Assembly (NCBI GenBank): GCA_038734945.1 | Contig: JAVYOA010000009.1 | Coordinates: 186,001-250,000, forward strand | Length of the DNA: 64,000 nucleotides | Origin: Fervidicoccaceae archaeon | GTDB lineage: Archaea > Thermoproteota > Thermoprotei_A > Sulfolobales > Fervidicoccaceae | Direction: 5' to 3' | Shown: positions 18,391-29,118 of the stretch, in pieces | Position numbering within the stretch: position 1 is the first letter of the stretch | Layout of the letters: each line of letters opens with the position of its first letter | Position numbers and translations under genes: made by a program | Notes under the pieces: model-generated | The model's input: the letters and a program-made list of their open reading frames with translations, nothing else | What the model was told of the DNA's origin: nothing | Database searches by the model: none

Positions 18391-21117
18391 TTGAAAGGTA
18401 AAGGCAAAATGACCTATGCTGCTAAGAAAAAAAGAAACAACACCACCCTCATGGATTTCATCAGGAAAGATGAAGAGAAAAAAATAGGAGGAGATGCCAA
18501 AGCAATAGCAATGGAACTAGCTAACAGCAGCAAGGAAAAAAGCAACTCTCCTTCTGCAATTGAATCTAAAAATGAAGAGAAAAATGAGAGAGGCAAATTT
18601 ATAGTTTGGTTCAGCATTGTAGATGAGGCCATTGTGGAGGAAGGGCATCTTCTATCATATTACTATGACCCAGATAGAAATGCTGCTCTTCTATGCTTCT
18701 ATGACGAGAAGAGGAAGAGATTGGCATATTGGTACGATAAGACCCAGCATAAGCCGTACTTCATTGTAGCAGAAGAACCTGAAGAAGTGGAAAGAAAACT
18801 GCTCAGAGAAAAATCAAAGGAAGCAGTTTATGCTATCGAGAGAATTGAGAAGATTAATCCTCTAACTATGAAGAGAGAGAAGTTCACAAAGATAGTAGTT
18901 AATGACCCACTGGCTGTGAGAGAGCTTAGAGGAATTTTCAAGGAAAGTTGGGAAAGCAAGATAAAATATCATCAGAACTTCATTTATGACAGAGGGCTCA
19001 TACCAGGATATAAATACAAAGTCAGTGGAAAAACTCTCTCTCCAGTTGAGGTAAGCATCTCATCTAAGGATGAGCTCAAGAAGGTCTTCGAGGGGGAGAG
19101 CGAGGAGGTCAAGAGGTTTGCTGAGGAATTGAGCACACTGTTTGAGCTTTCCCCTCCTCTTCCCTCGATGGTGGCAATTGACGTTGAAGTCTTTTCCCCA
19201 TATGCAAATAGACTACCTAATGTTGCTACTGCCCCATACCCAATACTCTCAATAGCTTTAGTTGGCAATGATGGTAGGAAAAAAGTCCTTGCCCTCGCAT
19301 ATCCGCATGCTTCAAAATCTCCAATTAGAAGCAGGATATCAGCTGATGCTGACATTGAAGTATTCGACAGCGAGCGCGCAATGCTCCTTGAGGCCTTTAG
19401 AATAATTGGACAGTATCAAGTTATTTATTCCTACAACGGAGACAACTTCGACTTGCCTTATATGAGGAATAGAGCAAGAGTTCTCGGTTTTAAACCGCAA
19501 GAGGTTCCAATAAAGGAATTTCAAGAATACTATACATTGAAAGGAGGAATACACATAGATCTCTACAAGGTCTTCGAAAACAAAGCCCTTAAAACTTATG
19601 CATTCGGTGGAAATTACAGAGAGAACACCCTTGACAGTGTGGCTCAAAGCATTATAGGAATTGGAAAGGTTAAGATCGACGAAAATCCAGGCATGCTGGG
19701 AATATCAAAGCTGATTGAGTACAACCTAAGAGATGCCGAGATAACTCTTTCTCTGGCAACATGGAAAAGTAATTTAACGTGGAAACTTCTGATTCTTCTC
19801 TCCCGTCTCACGAAGACTGGAATTGAGGAGCTGAGCAGAACACAGATAAGCAACTGGATAAGAAACATGCTCTATTGGGAGCACAGAAGGAGGAACTATC
19901 TAATACCTAGACAGGAAGATATCCTGCAGTACAAAAGAGAAATAAAGAGCAAGGCCGTCATAAAGGGAAAGAAATACGCTGGAGCAATAGTACTGGATCC
20001 CCCTGTGGGAGTATTTTTCAATATTCTTGTTCTTGACTTTGCAAGTCTGTATCCATCTATAATGAAGGTATGGAATCTGAGCTATGAGACTGTGAACCCC
20101 TCATATGATTGTAAGAATAAGAAGGAGATTCCAGATGTGAAACATGTTGTATGCATGGATAAAAAGGGGATGACCTCCCTCATAATAGGGACGATGAGAG
20201 ATCTGAGAGTAAAAGTTTATAAGAAGAAAGGCAAGGAGAAAGGTCTCAGCGCTGAGCAAAAAGAATGGTACAATGCTGTTCAATCGGCATTGAAGGTACT
20301 TCTGAATGCCAGCTATGGCGTGTTTGGAAGCGATGCTTTCTCTCTTTATGCACCTCCAGTGGCTGAGAGCGTGACAGCAATTGGAAGGTTCACGATTATG
20401 AGCACAATAAAGAAGGCCGTTTCTCTTGGTCTGAAGGTTCTCTACGGCGACACCGATAGCATGTTCATATGGAATCCTGAAAAGGAATCTTTGTCAAGGC
20501 TGATAAGCGAGGTAGAGAAGGAATTTTCTTTGGACTTGGATGTTGACAAGGAATTCAGATATGTTGCTTTTTCTGGCCTGAAGAAGAACTATCTCGCAGT
20601 AACACCCGGAGACGAGATTGTCATAAAGGGACTGCTTGGAAAGAAAAGGAACCAGCCTGAATTTCTCAAGAACTCTTTTAACGAAGTAATATCATTGCTG
20701 AAGGAGATAAAAGCTCCAAGCGACTTCACAAAAGTACACGAGCAAATAAGAGGAAAAGTGAAGGATATATATAGAAAGCTCAAAGGCATGGGATTCATGC
20801 TAGACGAATTGGCATTCAATGTTATGCTCAATAAGGACATTGATGGTTATGTCAAGAATACCCCGCAGCACGTTAAGGCTGCTATGCTACTGAAGAACTT
20901 CGATAAAAAGCTCGTCAAGGGGGACATAATCTCTTATGTCAAGGTAAAGGGAAAAGATGGAGTAAAGCCCGTTTCCCTAGCAAAGCTCTCAGAAGTCGAT
21001 GTTGACAAATATTTAGAAATAACGAAGACAACGTTCGAGCAGGTGCTTCGAACAATAAACATTAGCTGGGAAGATATCGAGGGAATGGCAAGGCTCGAGA
21101 GCTTCTTTAATAAATAG
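18391..21117 (+). CDS. polB1: family B DNA polymerase PolB1
   Basis: Exo DVEV, YNGDNFD, YNLRDA; Pol DFASLYPS, KVLLNASYGVFG, YGDTDS; PIP-like TTLMDF (N-term) and LESFF (C-term); no intein; start may be ATG 18409. Confidence 0.95.
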   Translation: MKGKGKMTYAAKKKRNNTTLMDFIRKDEEKKIGGDAKAIAMELANSSKEKSNSPSAIESKNEEKNERGKFIVWFSIVDEAIVEEGHLLSYYYDPDRNAALLCFYDEKRKRLAYWYDKTQHKPYFIVAEEPEEVERKLLREKSKEAVYAIERIEKINPLTMKREKFTKIVVNDPLAVRELRGIFKESWESKIKYHQNFIYDRGLIPGYKYKVSGKTLSPVEVSISSKDELKKVFEGESEEVKRFAEELSTLFELSPPLPSMVAIDVEVFSPYANRLPNVATAPYPILSIALVGNDGRKKVLALAYPHASKSPIRSRISADADIEVFDSERAMLLEAFRIIGQYQVIYSYNGDNFDLPYMRNRARVLGFKPQEVPIKEFQEYYTLKGGIHIDLYKVFENKALKTYAFGGNYRENTLDSVAQSIIGIGKVKIDENPGMLGISKLIEYNLRDAEITLSLATWKSNLTWKLLILLSRLTKTGIEELSRTQISNWIRNMLYWEHRRRNYLIPRQEDILQYKREIKSKAVIKGKKYAGAIVLDPPVGVFFNILVLDFASLYPSIMKVWNLSYETVNPSYDCKNKKEIPDVKHVVCMDKKGMTSLIIGTMRDLRVKVYKKKGKEKGLSAEQKEWYNAVQSALKVLLNASYGVFGSDAFSLYAPPVAESVTAIGRFTIMSTIKKAVSLGLKVLYGDTDSMFIWNPEKESLSRLISEVEKEFSLDLDVDKEFRYVAFSGLKKNYLAVTPGDEIVIKGLLGKKRNQPEFLKNSFNEVISLLKEIKAPSDFTKVHEQIRGKVKDIYRKLKGMGFMLDELAFNVMLNKDIDGYVKNTPQHVKAAMLLKNFDKKLVKGDIISYVKVKGKDGVKPVSLAKLSEVDVDKYLEITKTTFEQVLRTINISWEDIEGMARLESFFNK

Positions 21118-21128
21118 CTTTCAGGACT

Positions 21129-22214
21129 TTATAAGATTCTGAGCTCCAGGGGATACTCTCCGACCAGATCGATCCCTTTCTTCCAAGCAATCAGATCCAC
21201 CTCGAGCCTGATGCCGAATTTTCCTGCATAATACACTCCTGGCTCAACAGTGAAAACGCTTCTCTCTTCTATTGTATCCAACGATGCTGGTGCTATGTTT
21301 GGGAGCTCATGAACTTCTATTCCCAATCCATGGCCTGTTCTGTGAGTGAAGAAATTTTCCATCCCATTTCTTCTAATTTCCTCTCTCACAGCCGAATCCA
21401 CAACATTTCCCTGGAGTCCAACCTTGACTGAGCTCATTCCCTTCTCTACTGCACTACTCACAACTTCAAATGTTCTCCTTACTTCCTCACTGGGTTCCCC
21501 TAAGGAATAGACTCTTGTCAAGTCGGCATAATATCCATCGACTGAGAGAGCCAAATCGAGCAATACCAAATCACCCCTCTTCATAACCCTATCAGAATAT
21601 TCATGGTGAGGAAGAGCAGTGTTTGGTCCGCTCTGAACAGAGAAGAGCTGCGATTCATCGGCACCAAGCTTACTTGAGAGGAGAATTAAATTCATGTAAA
21701 CTTCAGCTTCAGTTACCCCCTCAGAAATCATGCTTTCTGCCTCCTTGAAAAGTCTATCCAATATTGAAGAGGCTTTTACTATGCTCTCCAGCTCATAGTC
21801 ATCCTTTTTCATTCTCTCATATAGGATAGCTTCTTTGGCGCTAACCAGGGAAAAATCCGAAAGTACCCTCGCAACGCTGAAGTAGGTATCAATATTCATA
21901 TTCGGATCTAGACCAATTTTGTCCTTGCTCCTTATCCCTAAGGACCTTGTTTCTGGAGAGAGAAAAAAGAAGGGATCTTCGCCATCCTTATATAAAATAG
22001 TATCCCCACAGTTTATGTCAGCGATTCTCTCTTCTTCAAATTTTGGAGCTACAACTAGACAGTCATCTCTCGTTGCCAAGAGAAGCAACGGTCTCTCAAA
22101 GCTTTTTATATTTTTTCCCGTCAGATAGAAAAAGTTAGGACCTGCTACTACTAAAACTGCAGAGAGATCGTGAGAGAGAATCCGTCTCGCTCTAGCCTTT
22201 TCAAATCCAACCAA
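21129..22214 (-). CDS. M24B Xaa-Pro peptidase family protein
   Basis: LLDL..DGYYADLTR, HRTGHGLGIEVHE, FTVEPGVY, GIRLE. Confidence 0.9.
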   Translation of the reverse strand: MVGFEKARARRILSHDLSAVLVVAGPNFFYLTGKNIKSFERPLLLLATRDDCLVVAPKFEEERIADINCGDTILYKDGEDPFFFLSPETRSLGIRSKDKIGLDPNMNIDTYFSVARVLSDFSLVSAKEAILYERMKKDDYELESIVKASSILDRLFKEAESMISEGVTEAEVYMNLILLSSKLGADESQLFSVQSGPNTALPHHEYSDRVMKRGDLVLLDLALSVDGYYADLTRVYSLGEPSEEVRRTFEVVSSAVEKGMSSVKVGLQGNVVDSAVREEIRRNGMENFFTHRTGHGLGIEVHELPNIAPASLDTIEERSVFTVEPGVYYAGKFGIRLEVDLIAWKKGIDLVGEYPLELRIL

Positions 22215-22277
22215 CTTTTAACCCTCTCTCTTAACATCCAATAAGATAACTTCATCTTTAATTAAAAGGATAAAAAA

Positions 22278-24107
22278 CTAATTTATTCTGCCCTTCTGAA
22301 TAGCAGTTACCAGGAAGGCTGACATATATAGAAGAGAGGAAAGCACTGCTATCAATGCTATTTCCACCTGACTCAAGGACTTGGTAGCAGTAGTAGTTCC
22401 AGAAAGCAACTCTGCTCTCTTCTCTGGGAAAACCTGTATGGTCCTGAGATCAATGGAATATCCATAGAGCATTACGCCTTCTCCTCTTGCCTGTGGCCAA
22501 TCAACATAGTAGCTTTGATATGCGTGCTTTTCTAGCTGCTCAAATGTAAATATGGTTGGGACCAAATCTATTATGTACTGCTGAATTTGATAGTACTTCT
22601 GATATCTTTCAGTTTGATTTATAGTTCTCAGAGCATCCATTATCATTGAATCTAACTTTGTGTCCATCAGCCACTCATTCTGCTCCCACGTCCCTAGGCT
22701 CTGACTCGAATATCTTGCAAGGAGCAAAGGACCGATATCATAAATAACTGGACCATCAAAAATTGAGACGATGTTGGGGGAAGTTGATAAGTTTGCCATT
22801 TCCTGCACTACTGAGAGCCATGGCTTCTTCACAACGTTGACTGTTATCCCGAGCTGTTGCATATTTGCTTTGAAGAGTAGGGCAACTTTTTCTTCATCTG
22901 GAACTTCTGCTACCCAATGATATTCTACGGGATACTTGTCCAGCTGTCCATAGTACTTGCTCTGCTTAAGTGCTTCAAGAGCCTTCTCTGGATTGTATGT
23001 ATAACAAGTTGCATTAGGGAGAGAACCGGGGAGACTCGGAGCAATAGGCCCGCAGGCTCTTGGGCTTCCTGGAAATATCTGATTGATAACTGTGTTGTAA
23101 TCGAATCCCCATGCCATTGCTTTCCTGAAGTTTATGTCATCAGTTGGTGGAAGCTTTGTATTAAGCATGAGATAGAAGACGTCTCCAGAGGGGATGTTGG
23201 CTATACTTATTCCAGCAACATTAGAAAGGAAATCGTAGTTCTCCTTTGGTTGCCATTGATCACTTATCTCCAGCTCTCTCTTCATCATCAAGGTTCTAAT
23301 AGTTGATGGATCCGTAGTGCCTATGAAGATAGCTGTATCTGGGGAGTTTGGTTTGAGACCTGCCCAGTACTTGTCGAATTTCTGAAGAATTATCTGCGAT
23401 TCGAGCTGAAAGCTTTTGACCATATATGGCCCACTCCCTGCATCATGCGTGAGAAGCCAGTTCCTTCCGTAATCTCCATATTGACCATAATTGTACTGAG
23501 TACTATTGTAAATTATATGCTGCATGACCAGCTTGCTGTTTAAAATGTAGAATCTGGTAAGAGAGTCGAGAAATGGACCATAGGGGGCCTTCAGCTTGAA
23601 AACTACAGTATAGTTGTCGATCGCACTTACAGAATCGACATATGGGAGGAAGAGATAGGAGAAACCCTCCTTAATTGTCAATAGTCTGTTCATGCTGAAG
23701 ACAACATCGTTGGCTGTGAGCTCAGAACCATCATGAAACAGTATACCCTTCCTTATGTGAAATGTCCAAGTTAGACCATCACTGCTAACATTCCAGCTTT
23801 CTGCTACCCATGGTATGACTCCTCCTCCTGGTTTGGGATATACGAGTGGATCATATAGGTTGTTTATAGTTGTTGCACTTGCGTAGTCATTTCCCACTGC
23901 TGGATCAATATAGTTTGGCCATGCAAATGAGACTCTGAGAACGCTGCCTCCTGTTGGTTGGGTTGTGGTGTTTGAAACCGCAGTATTAGTAGTGGTTGTA
24001 GTTTGCTGGCCCCCTCTGTTGATTACGAGCAATGTAGCAGCTATGACAATTACAACTGCCAGGGCAACACCAAGAATTAACTTTGAAGAAGGCATCCAGA
24101 ATATCAC
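22278..24107 (-). CDS. peptide ABC transporter substrate-binding protein (family 5)
   Basis: N-terminal hydrophobic segment and Thr-rich linker, AESWNVSSDGLTWTFHIRKG..FHDG, GSGPY, C-terminal anchor; likely start ATG 24095. Confidence 0.92.
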   Translation of the reverse strand: MIFWMPSSKLILGVALAVVIVIAATLLVINRGGQQTTTTTNTAVSNTTTQPTGGSVLRVSFAWPNYIDPAVGNDYASATTINNLYDPLVYPKPGGGVIPWVAESWNVSSDGLTWTFHIRKGILFHDGSELTANDVVFSMNRLLTIKEGFSYLFLPYVDSVSAIDNYTVVFKLKAPYGPFLDSLTRFYILNSKLVMQHIIYNSTQYNYGQYGDYGRNWLLTHDAGSGPYMVKSFQLESQIILQKFDKYWAGLKPNSPDTAIFIGTTDPSTIRTLMMKRELEISDQWQPKENYDFLSNVAGISIANIPSGDVFYLMLNTKLPPTDDINFRKAMAWGFDYNTVINQIFPGSPRACGPIAPSLPGSLPNATCYTYNPEKALEALKQSKYYGQLDKYPVEYHWVAEVPDEEKVALLFKANMQQLGITVNVVKKPWLSVVQEMANLSTSPNIVSIFDGPVIYDIGPLLLARYSSQSLGTWEQNEWLMDTKLDSMIMDALRTINQTERYQKYYQIQQYIIDLVPTIFTFEQLEKHAYQSYYVDWPQARGEGVMLYGYSIDLRTIQVFPEKRAELLSGTTTATKSLSQVEIALIAVLSSLLYMSAFLVTAIQKGRIN

Positions 24108-24270
24108 CTGCTCTTTAAAGTTCTGTAATGGGATAATCCATATAGTATTTAAATTTAATGTTACAATTAGAACATTTTTTTAAAATTATTCTAATTAATT
24201 TATAATATAAAAAACATTTAAAAGTGTTTTATCCCACATGCATAAAAGTCAACTCGGAGGTCACTTCAAT

Positions 24271-26340
24271 TTGCTCTCTAAACCCATCAGAATAGGAGTC
24301 GATATTGGGGGCGCATTCACGGATCTTGTAGCCTACAACGAGGAGACAGGAGAGCTTACATGGAAAAAGGTCGAGACCACCCCAAACGACCCATCTGAAG
24401 GAGTGATTGAAGCGATCGTGAAGAGCGGAATAGACATTTCCAAGGCCTATGCATTCATCCACGGTCAAACTCTCGTCATAAATACCATCTTGACAAGAAG
24501 CGGTGCGAAGGTTGGGCTACTTACTACCAAAGGATTCAGAGATGTTCTCGAACTACAGAGATCCAATAGGAGGGATATGTACAACTTCAGATACAGAAAG
24601 CCAGAACCATTTGTCCCCAGATACCTCAGGAGAGAAATTAGCGAGAGGATTTCGAGCGATGGATCAGTGATAACTCCTCTTAACGAAAATGAACTGAGAA
24701 AGGAGGTTGAAGTCTTGTTGAGAGAAGGAGTAGAATCGATAGCAATATCCTTCTTCAACTCATATGCTAATCCAAAGCATGAAAAGGAAGCGATGTATTG
24801 GATAAAGTCAAACTATCCAGAGATCCCTGTAACAACAAGCTATGATATTACTAGAGAATGGAGAGAGTATGAAAGAACTTCAACAGCAGTATTGAACGCG
24901 TATGTGAAGCCAAAAATGAAGAGATATCTGGAGAAACTGGAAAAATCCCTGAAGTCCTTGGGCTTTCTTGGAACTTCATATGCAATGCTGAGCAATGGAG
25001 GGATGGGTACTTTTTCCTATGTGGCAGAATATCCTATTACCAGCGTTGAGTCAGGACCTGTCGCCGGAGTTATTGGCGCTATTCAGATAGCAAAGTTGGT
25101 AGGAGAGAGAAATATCATAGCACTTGACGGAGGTAGTACGACGACCAAAGCAAGTTTGGTTGAAGGACTGGTTCCAAAGGTAACTACTGAGTACTTCGTG
25201 GAGAGGGATCGATGGAGAGCCGGCTATCCAATTCGCGTTCCAGTTGTCGAAACCGTTGAGGTTGGAAGCGGTGGAACTAGCATAGCTTGGATAGATGAAA
25301 TTGGCAACCTGAGGGTTGGGCCAAAAGCAGCAGGCGCCCTCCCCGGTCCTGCTTGCTACATGAAAGGAGGAACCGAGCCCACAGTTACCGATGCTTACGT
25401 GGTAGCTGGCATTTTGAATCCAAGCTATTTGTTGGCTGGTGAGCTGAAGATTAGCAGGGAAGCTGCCATACAGGCAGTCAACAAAATAGCAACTTTCTTC
25501 AATGTATCAACCGAAGAAGCCGCTTGGGGAATAATCAGGATAGCGAATGAGAATGCTTCCAACATTATAAGAATAATAAGCATACAGAAGGGGTATGATC
25601 CCAGGGATTTTGCATTAGTAGCATATGGAGGTTCTGGCCCTCTATTTGCTCCATTCATCGCGAGAGAGCTTGAAATAAGGAAAATAATAGTTCCAGCGAT
25701 ACCTCCAGGAGTGTTTTCAGCTTGGGGTCTGCTCGCTACTGATATTAGGCATGATGCAGTGAAAACCGATGTTGTGCCCCTTGTTGAGGAAAAAACAGAG
25801 AAAATAGAGGAGAGCTTCAGAGAGCTAGAAGAAAGTCTGTACAATATATTTGAGCAAGAAGGACTTAAGGGGAGAGAGGTAGTTATTGTAAGGAATGCTG
25901 ATCTAAGATATTACGGCCAAGAGCACACTGTAAAAGTCACATTACCGTTCAAAAAAATTGAGAAGAACGACATTGAAAGAATAAGAAAAATATTTCACGA
26001 AGCACATAGGAAAGAGTATGAGTTCTCCCTCCCAGACAATCCAATTGAGATAGTTAATTTCCACGTTACGGGCTATGTCATTGTAAAGAAGGTTCAGCTA
26101 TCCGAAATAAAAGATACAAGAGCGTCTACTCTAGAGGAAGCAGTTTCCGGCGAAAGGAAAGCATTCGTAGATGGCGAAACAATCAGCATCCCCGTTTACT
26201 ACAAACCACTTATTCCTCCAGAGAAGGATATATTCGGACCGGCTATTATTGAGGATCCAACCTCAACTATGCTGGTTCTGAGGGAAATGAAAGTACACTC
26301 GGACAAATACGGGAATCTGATAGCGAGGTGGTTGCAATGA
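24271..26340 (+). CDS. hydantoinase A / 5-oxoprolinase ATP-binding subunit
   Basis: DIGGAFTD, EWREYERTST, ESGPVAG, GPACY..GG..PTVTDA, GYDPRDF; TTG start after GGAGGT (track starts 24238). Confidence 0.92.
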   Translation: MLSKPIRIGVDIGGAFTDLVAYNEETGELTWKKVETTPNDPSEGVIEAIVKSGIDISKAYAFIHGQTLVINTILTRSGAKVGLLTTKGFRDVLELQRSNRRDMYNFRYRKPEPFVPRYLRREISERISSDGSVITPLNENELRKEVEVLLREGVESIAISFFNSYANPKHEKEAMYWIKSNYPEIPVTTSYDITREWREYERTSTAVLNAYVKPKMKRYLEKLEKSLKSLGFLGTSYAMLSNGGMGTFSYVAEYPITSVESGPVAGVIGAIQIAKLVGERNIIALDGGSTTTKASLVEGLVPKVTTEYFVERDRWRAGYPIRVPVVETVEVGSGGTSIAWIDEIGNLRVGPKAAGALPGPACYMKGGTEPTVTDAYVVAGILNPSYLLAGELKISREAAIQAVNKIATFFNVSTEEAAWGIIRIANENASNIIRIISIQKGYDPRDFALVAYGGSGPLFAPFIARELEIRKIIVPAIPPGVFSAWGLLATDIRHDAVKTDVVPLVEEKTEKIEESFRELEESLYNIFEQEGLKGREVVIVRNADLRYYGQEHTVKVTLPFKKIEKNDIERIRKIFHEAHRKEYEFSLPDNPIEIVNFHVTGYVIVKKVQLSEIKDTRASTLEEAVSGERKAFVDGETISIPVYYKPLIPPEKDIFGPAIIEDPTSTMLVLREMKVHSDKYGNLIARWLQ

Positions 26341-28088
26341 TTGATCCTTTCACATTGGAAATTCTGAAGAGGAATCTAGTAGTATCAGCTGAGGAAATGT
26401 TCTATGCTTTTGGCAGAACTGCAATGAGTCCCGTAATATACGAAGTCCTGGACTATGCTGTTGGAATAGCAGATAGCAAGGGAGAACTTGTGGCCCAAGC
26501 TCCAGGAGTCCCAGGCTTTTCCGGTGTTCTGGATTTCGTAGCAGCTGAAGTGCTAAGAAAATTTGGAAGAGACTTGAAAGAAGGAGACGTCATAGCGAGC
26601 AATGTTCCCTACGAATCAGGAACCCACCTGAACGATGTGGCCTTAACTCTGCCAGTATTTCATAAAGATGAGCTCATAGCGCTAGTCATCAACAAAGGTC
26701 ACTGGAGCGAGGTCGGCGGAATGCACTTCGGTAGTTGGACAAGCGACAGCACAGAGATCTTCCAGGAAGGGCTTCTACTTCCCTCAATAAAGATCTACTC
26801 AGAGGGAAAACCAAACAGAGATGTTCTCGATCTGATATTTGCTAACAATAGATTGCCTAGACTCACGAGAGGAGATATGGAAGCTCAGATCGCTAGCATG
26901 AGAGTAGCAGCAAGAAGAATAAAAGGACTAATTGAAAAGTACGGAATAGATTCTGTCAGGCTGGCAATGAGAAAGATCCTGGATGATGGGGAGAGAGCTG
27001 CTAAGCTAAAGCTAAGGGAGCTCCCAAAGGGCACCTTCGAAGCCGAAGATTACATAGACGACGATGGGTTTGGAAATAGCGAAGTTTATGTTAAAGTAAG
27101 AGTTACAATAGATGAGGAAAAATTTGTAGCTGACTTCACAGGCAGCAGCCAGCAGGTCAAGGGGTCAATAAACAGTCCATATCCAGCAACAGTATCAGCA
27201 GTGAGAGAGACCTACATGGCTGTAACTGATCCTCATGCTGAGCCTAACGGGGGATTCTTCAGGCCAATAAGAGTAATAGCACCAAAGGGCAGCATCTTCA
27301 ATCCAGTTTTTCCTGCTCCAACATCTACCTATTGGGAAAGCATGGCCTATGCCACCGATCTTGTCTGGAAGGCTCTTGCCCCACACATACCTCAGAAGCT
27401 CTCAGCAGGACACTTCCTCTCAATCTTAGCTACGATACTAGGAGGAATTGATGATAGAACAGGGGAACCATTCGCTATTGTAGAGCCTCAGCCGGGAGGA
27501 TGGGGAGCATGGGATGGAGGGGATGGAGAAAGTGGACTAGTTGCATGTGGTGACGGAGAAACCTACATTGCTAGCAACGAAGTTTATGAGAGAAGGCATC
27601 CGATAAGAGTGGAGAGATTCGAGCTCAATGTTTCCGATGGAACAGGTCATGGAAAGTATAGAGGAGGTTTTGGAGTAATAAAGGACTACAGAGTTCTATC
27701 GAGCAAAGCATATTTAACTCTCTCCATTGGTAGGAGCAAGTTCCCACCATGGGGTGTAAATGGTGGGATGCAGGGCACTCCAAACTATGCTGTGATTATT
27801 GGGAAGGACGGCAGTGAGAGAAAAGTCAGGAGGATTGCTAATCATGAGATGCAGAAAGGAGAGCTTGTAAGTTTGAGAAGTGGGGGAGGAGGTGGATGGG
27901 GAGATCCTCTTGAGAGGGATCCAAGGTTAGTAGCTATGGATGTTAAGAATGAGTACATAACCTTAGAAACTGCGAGGGAAGTCTACGGTGTAGTGCTCAA
28001 TCCAACAACCCTTGAGGTGGATTTTGAACTAACTGATAGACTCAGACAACAGAAGAGAAGGCTAAAGGAAATGGGGGTGGAGAAGTGA
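26337..28088 (+). CDS. hydantoinase B / 5-oxoprolinase catalytic subunit
   Basis: DPFTLEI, GTHLND, GHWSEVGG, EIFQEGL, GGGGWGDPLERD; ATGA overlap. Confidence 0.92.
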   Translation: MIDPFTLEILKRNLVVSAEEMFYAFGRTAMSPVIYEVLDYAVGIADSKGELVAQAPGVPGFSGVLDFVAAEVLRKFGRDLKEGDVIASNVPYESGTHLNDVALTLPVFHKDELIALVINKGHWSEVGGMHFGSWTSDSTEIFQEGLLLPSIKIYSEGKPNRDVLDLIFANNRLPRLTRGDMEAQIASMRVAARRIKGLIEKYGIDSVRLAMRKILDDGERAAKLKLRELPKGTFEAEDYIDDDGFGNSEVYVKVRVTIDEEKFVADFTGSSQQVKGSINSPYPATVSAVRETYMAVTDPHAEPNGGFFRPIRVIAPKGSIFNPVFPAPTSTYWESMAYATDLVWKALAPHIPQKLSAGHFLSILATILGGIDDRTGEPFAIVEPQPGGWGAWDGGDGESGLVACGDGETYIASNEVYERRHPIRVERFELNVSDGTGHGKYRGGFGVIKDYRVLSSKAYLTLSIGRSKFPPWGVNGGMQGTPNYAVIIGKDGSERKVRRIANHEMQKGELVSLRSGGGGGWGDPLERDPRLVAMDVKNEYITLETAREVYGVVLNPTTLEVDFELTDRLRQQKRRLKEMGVEK

Positions 28089-29110
28089 GCTGGGTAAAGT
28101 ATTTACTCAAGAGAGCACTCAGCTTAGCGTTCGTTCTTCTAGGACTTTCCATTCTGATCTTCGTCATATCAAGAGTTTTACCAGGGGATCCCGCTAGGCT
28201 AGCGCTTGGACCGAGGGCTAGCGAGGAGGCAGTAGAAGCTCTTAGGAAGCAGCTTCATCTCGATCAACCATATCTAGTTCAGTACTTCTATTGGTTGAAG
28301 GACGCTCTGAGTGGAAGCTTGGGACAGTCCCTCTATACATTTAGAGATGTATCTCAGGATATAAGGGAATTTTATCCAGCCACACTTGAATTGGTACTCT
28401 ATGCTGCCATATTCAATGCAATAGGAGCTATAACATTGGGAGTCCTAGCTGGCAGGCACGCTGGAAAGCTTCTTGACCATATAACTAGAATATTTTCTTA
28501 TGTAAGTGTTGCCGTTCCCAGCTTTATCTTCGCCATATTATTCCAGCTCATATTTTCCTATTATCTGAACATTTTCCCAGCCTACGGCAGGCTGTCAAAC
28601 AACATTGCTCCTCCTCATACGATTACAGGTCTCATCACAATAGACTCTCTTTTGACTGGAAACTTTCCAGCATTCATAGATGCTTTGAAGCACTTGCTCC
28701 TTCCAAGCATTTCGCTGGCCCTTGGGATGATGGGACAGGAGGCCAGAATAACGAGATCAAGCATTGTAGATAATTCCACTAAGGACTTCATAATCAACAT
28801 GGAGAGCCACGGCGTGTCGGAGAGGAAGATAATGTTCAAATATCTTTTGAAACCAAGCATCATTCCCACAGTTTCAGTCATGGGTCTTGATGTAGCTGGG
28901 ACAATAGCAAATGCTTTCCTGGTGGAGACAATTTTCAATTGGCCAGGATTTTCAAGGTATGGAGTCAACGTTATGCTGAGAAAGGACTTGAACGGCATCG
29001 TTGGTGTGGTAATGGTAGTCGGCATAACTTTCGCAGTGATAAACCTCCTCGTCGATCTCTTCGTGGCTTACTTAGATCCCAGAATAAGATATTCCGAGGA
29101 AGGGAGGTAG
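28085..29110 (+). CDS. peptide ABC transporter permease (DppB-like)
   Basis: PGDPA, PATLEL, VETIFNWPG, YLDPRI. Confidence 0.92.
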   Translation: MSWVKYLLKRALSLAFVLLGLSILIFVISRVLPGDPARLALGPRASEEAVEALRKQLHLDQPYLVQYFYWLKDALSGSLGQSLYTFRDVSQDIREFYPATLELVLYAAIFNAIGAITLGVLAGRHAGKLLDHITRIFSYVSVAVPSFIFAILFQLIFSYYLNIFPAYGRLSNNIAPPHTITGLITIDSLLTGNFPAFIDALKHLLLPSISLALGMMGQEARITRSSIVDNSTKDFIINMESHGVSERKIMFKYLLKPSIIPTVSVMGLDVAGTIANAFLVETIFNWPGFSRYGVNVMLRKDLNGIVGVVMVVGITFAVINLLVDLFVAYLDPRIRYSEEGR

Positions 29111-29118
29111 CTCTGGAG

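Noticed and set aside
18391..21117. Intein or inactivated polymerase
   Set aside because: Length and all exonuclease and polymerase motifs fit an intact PolB1.
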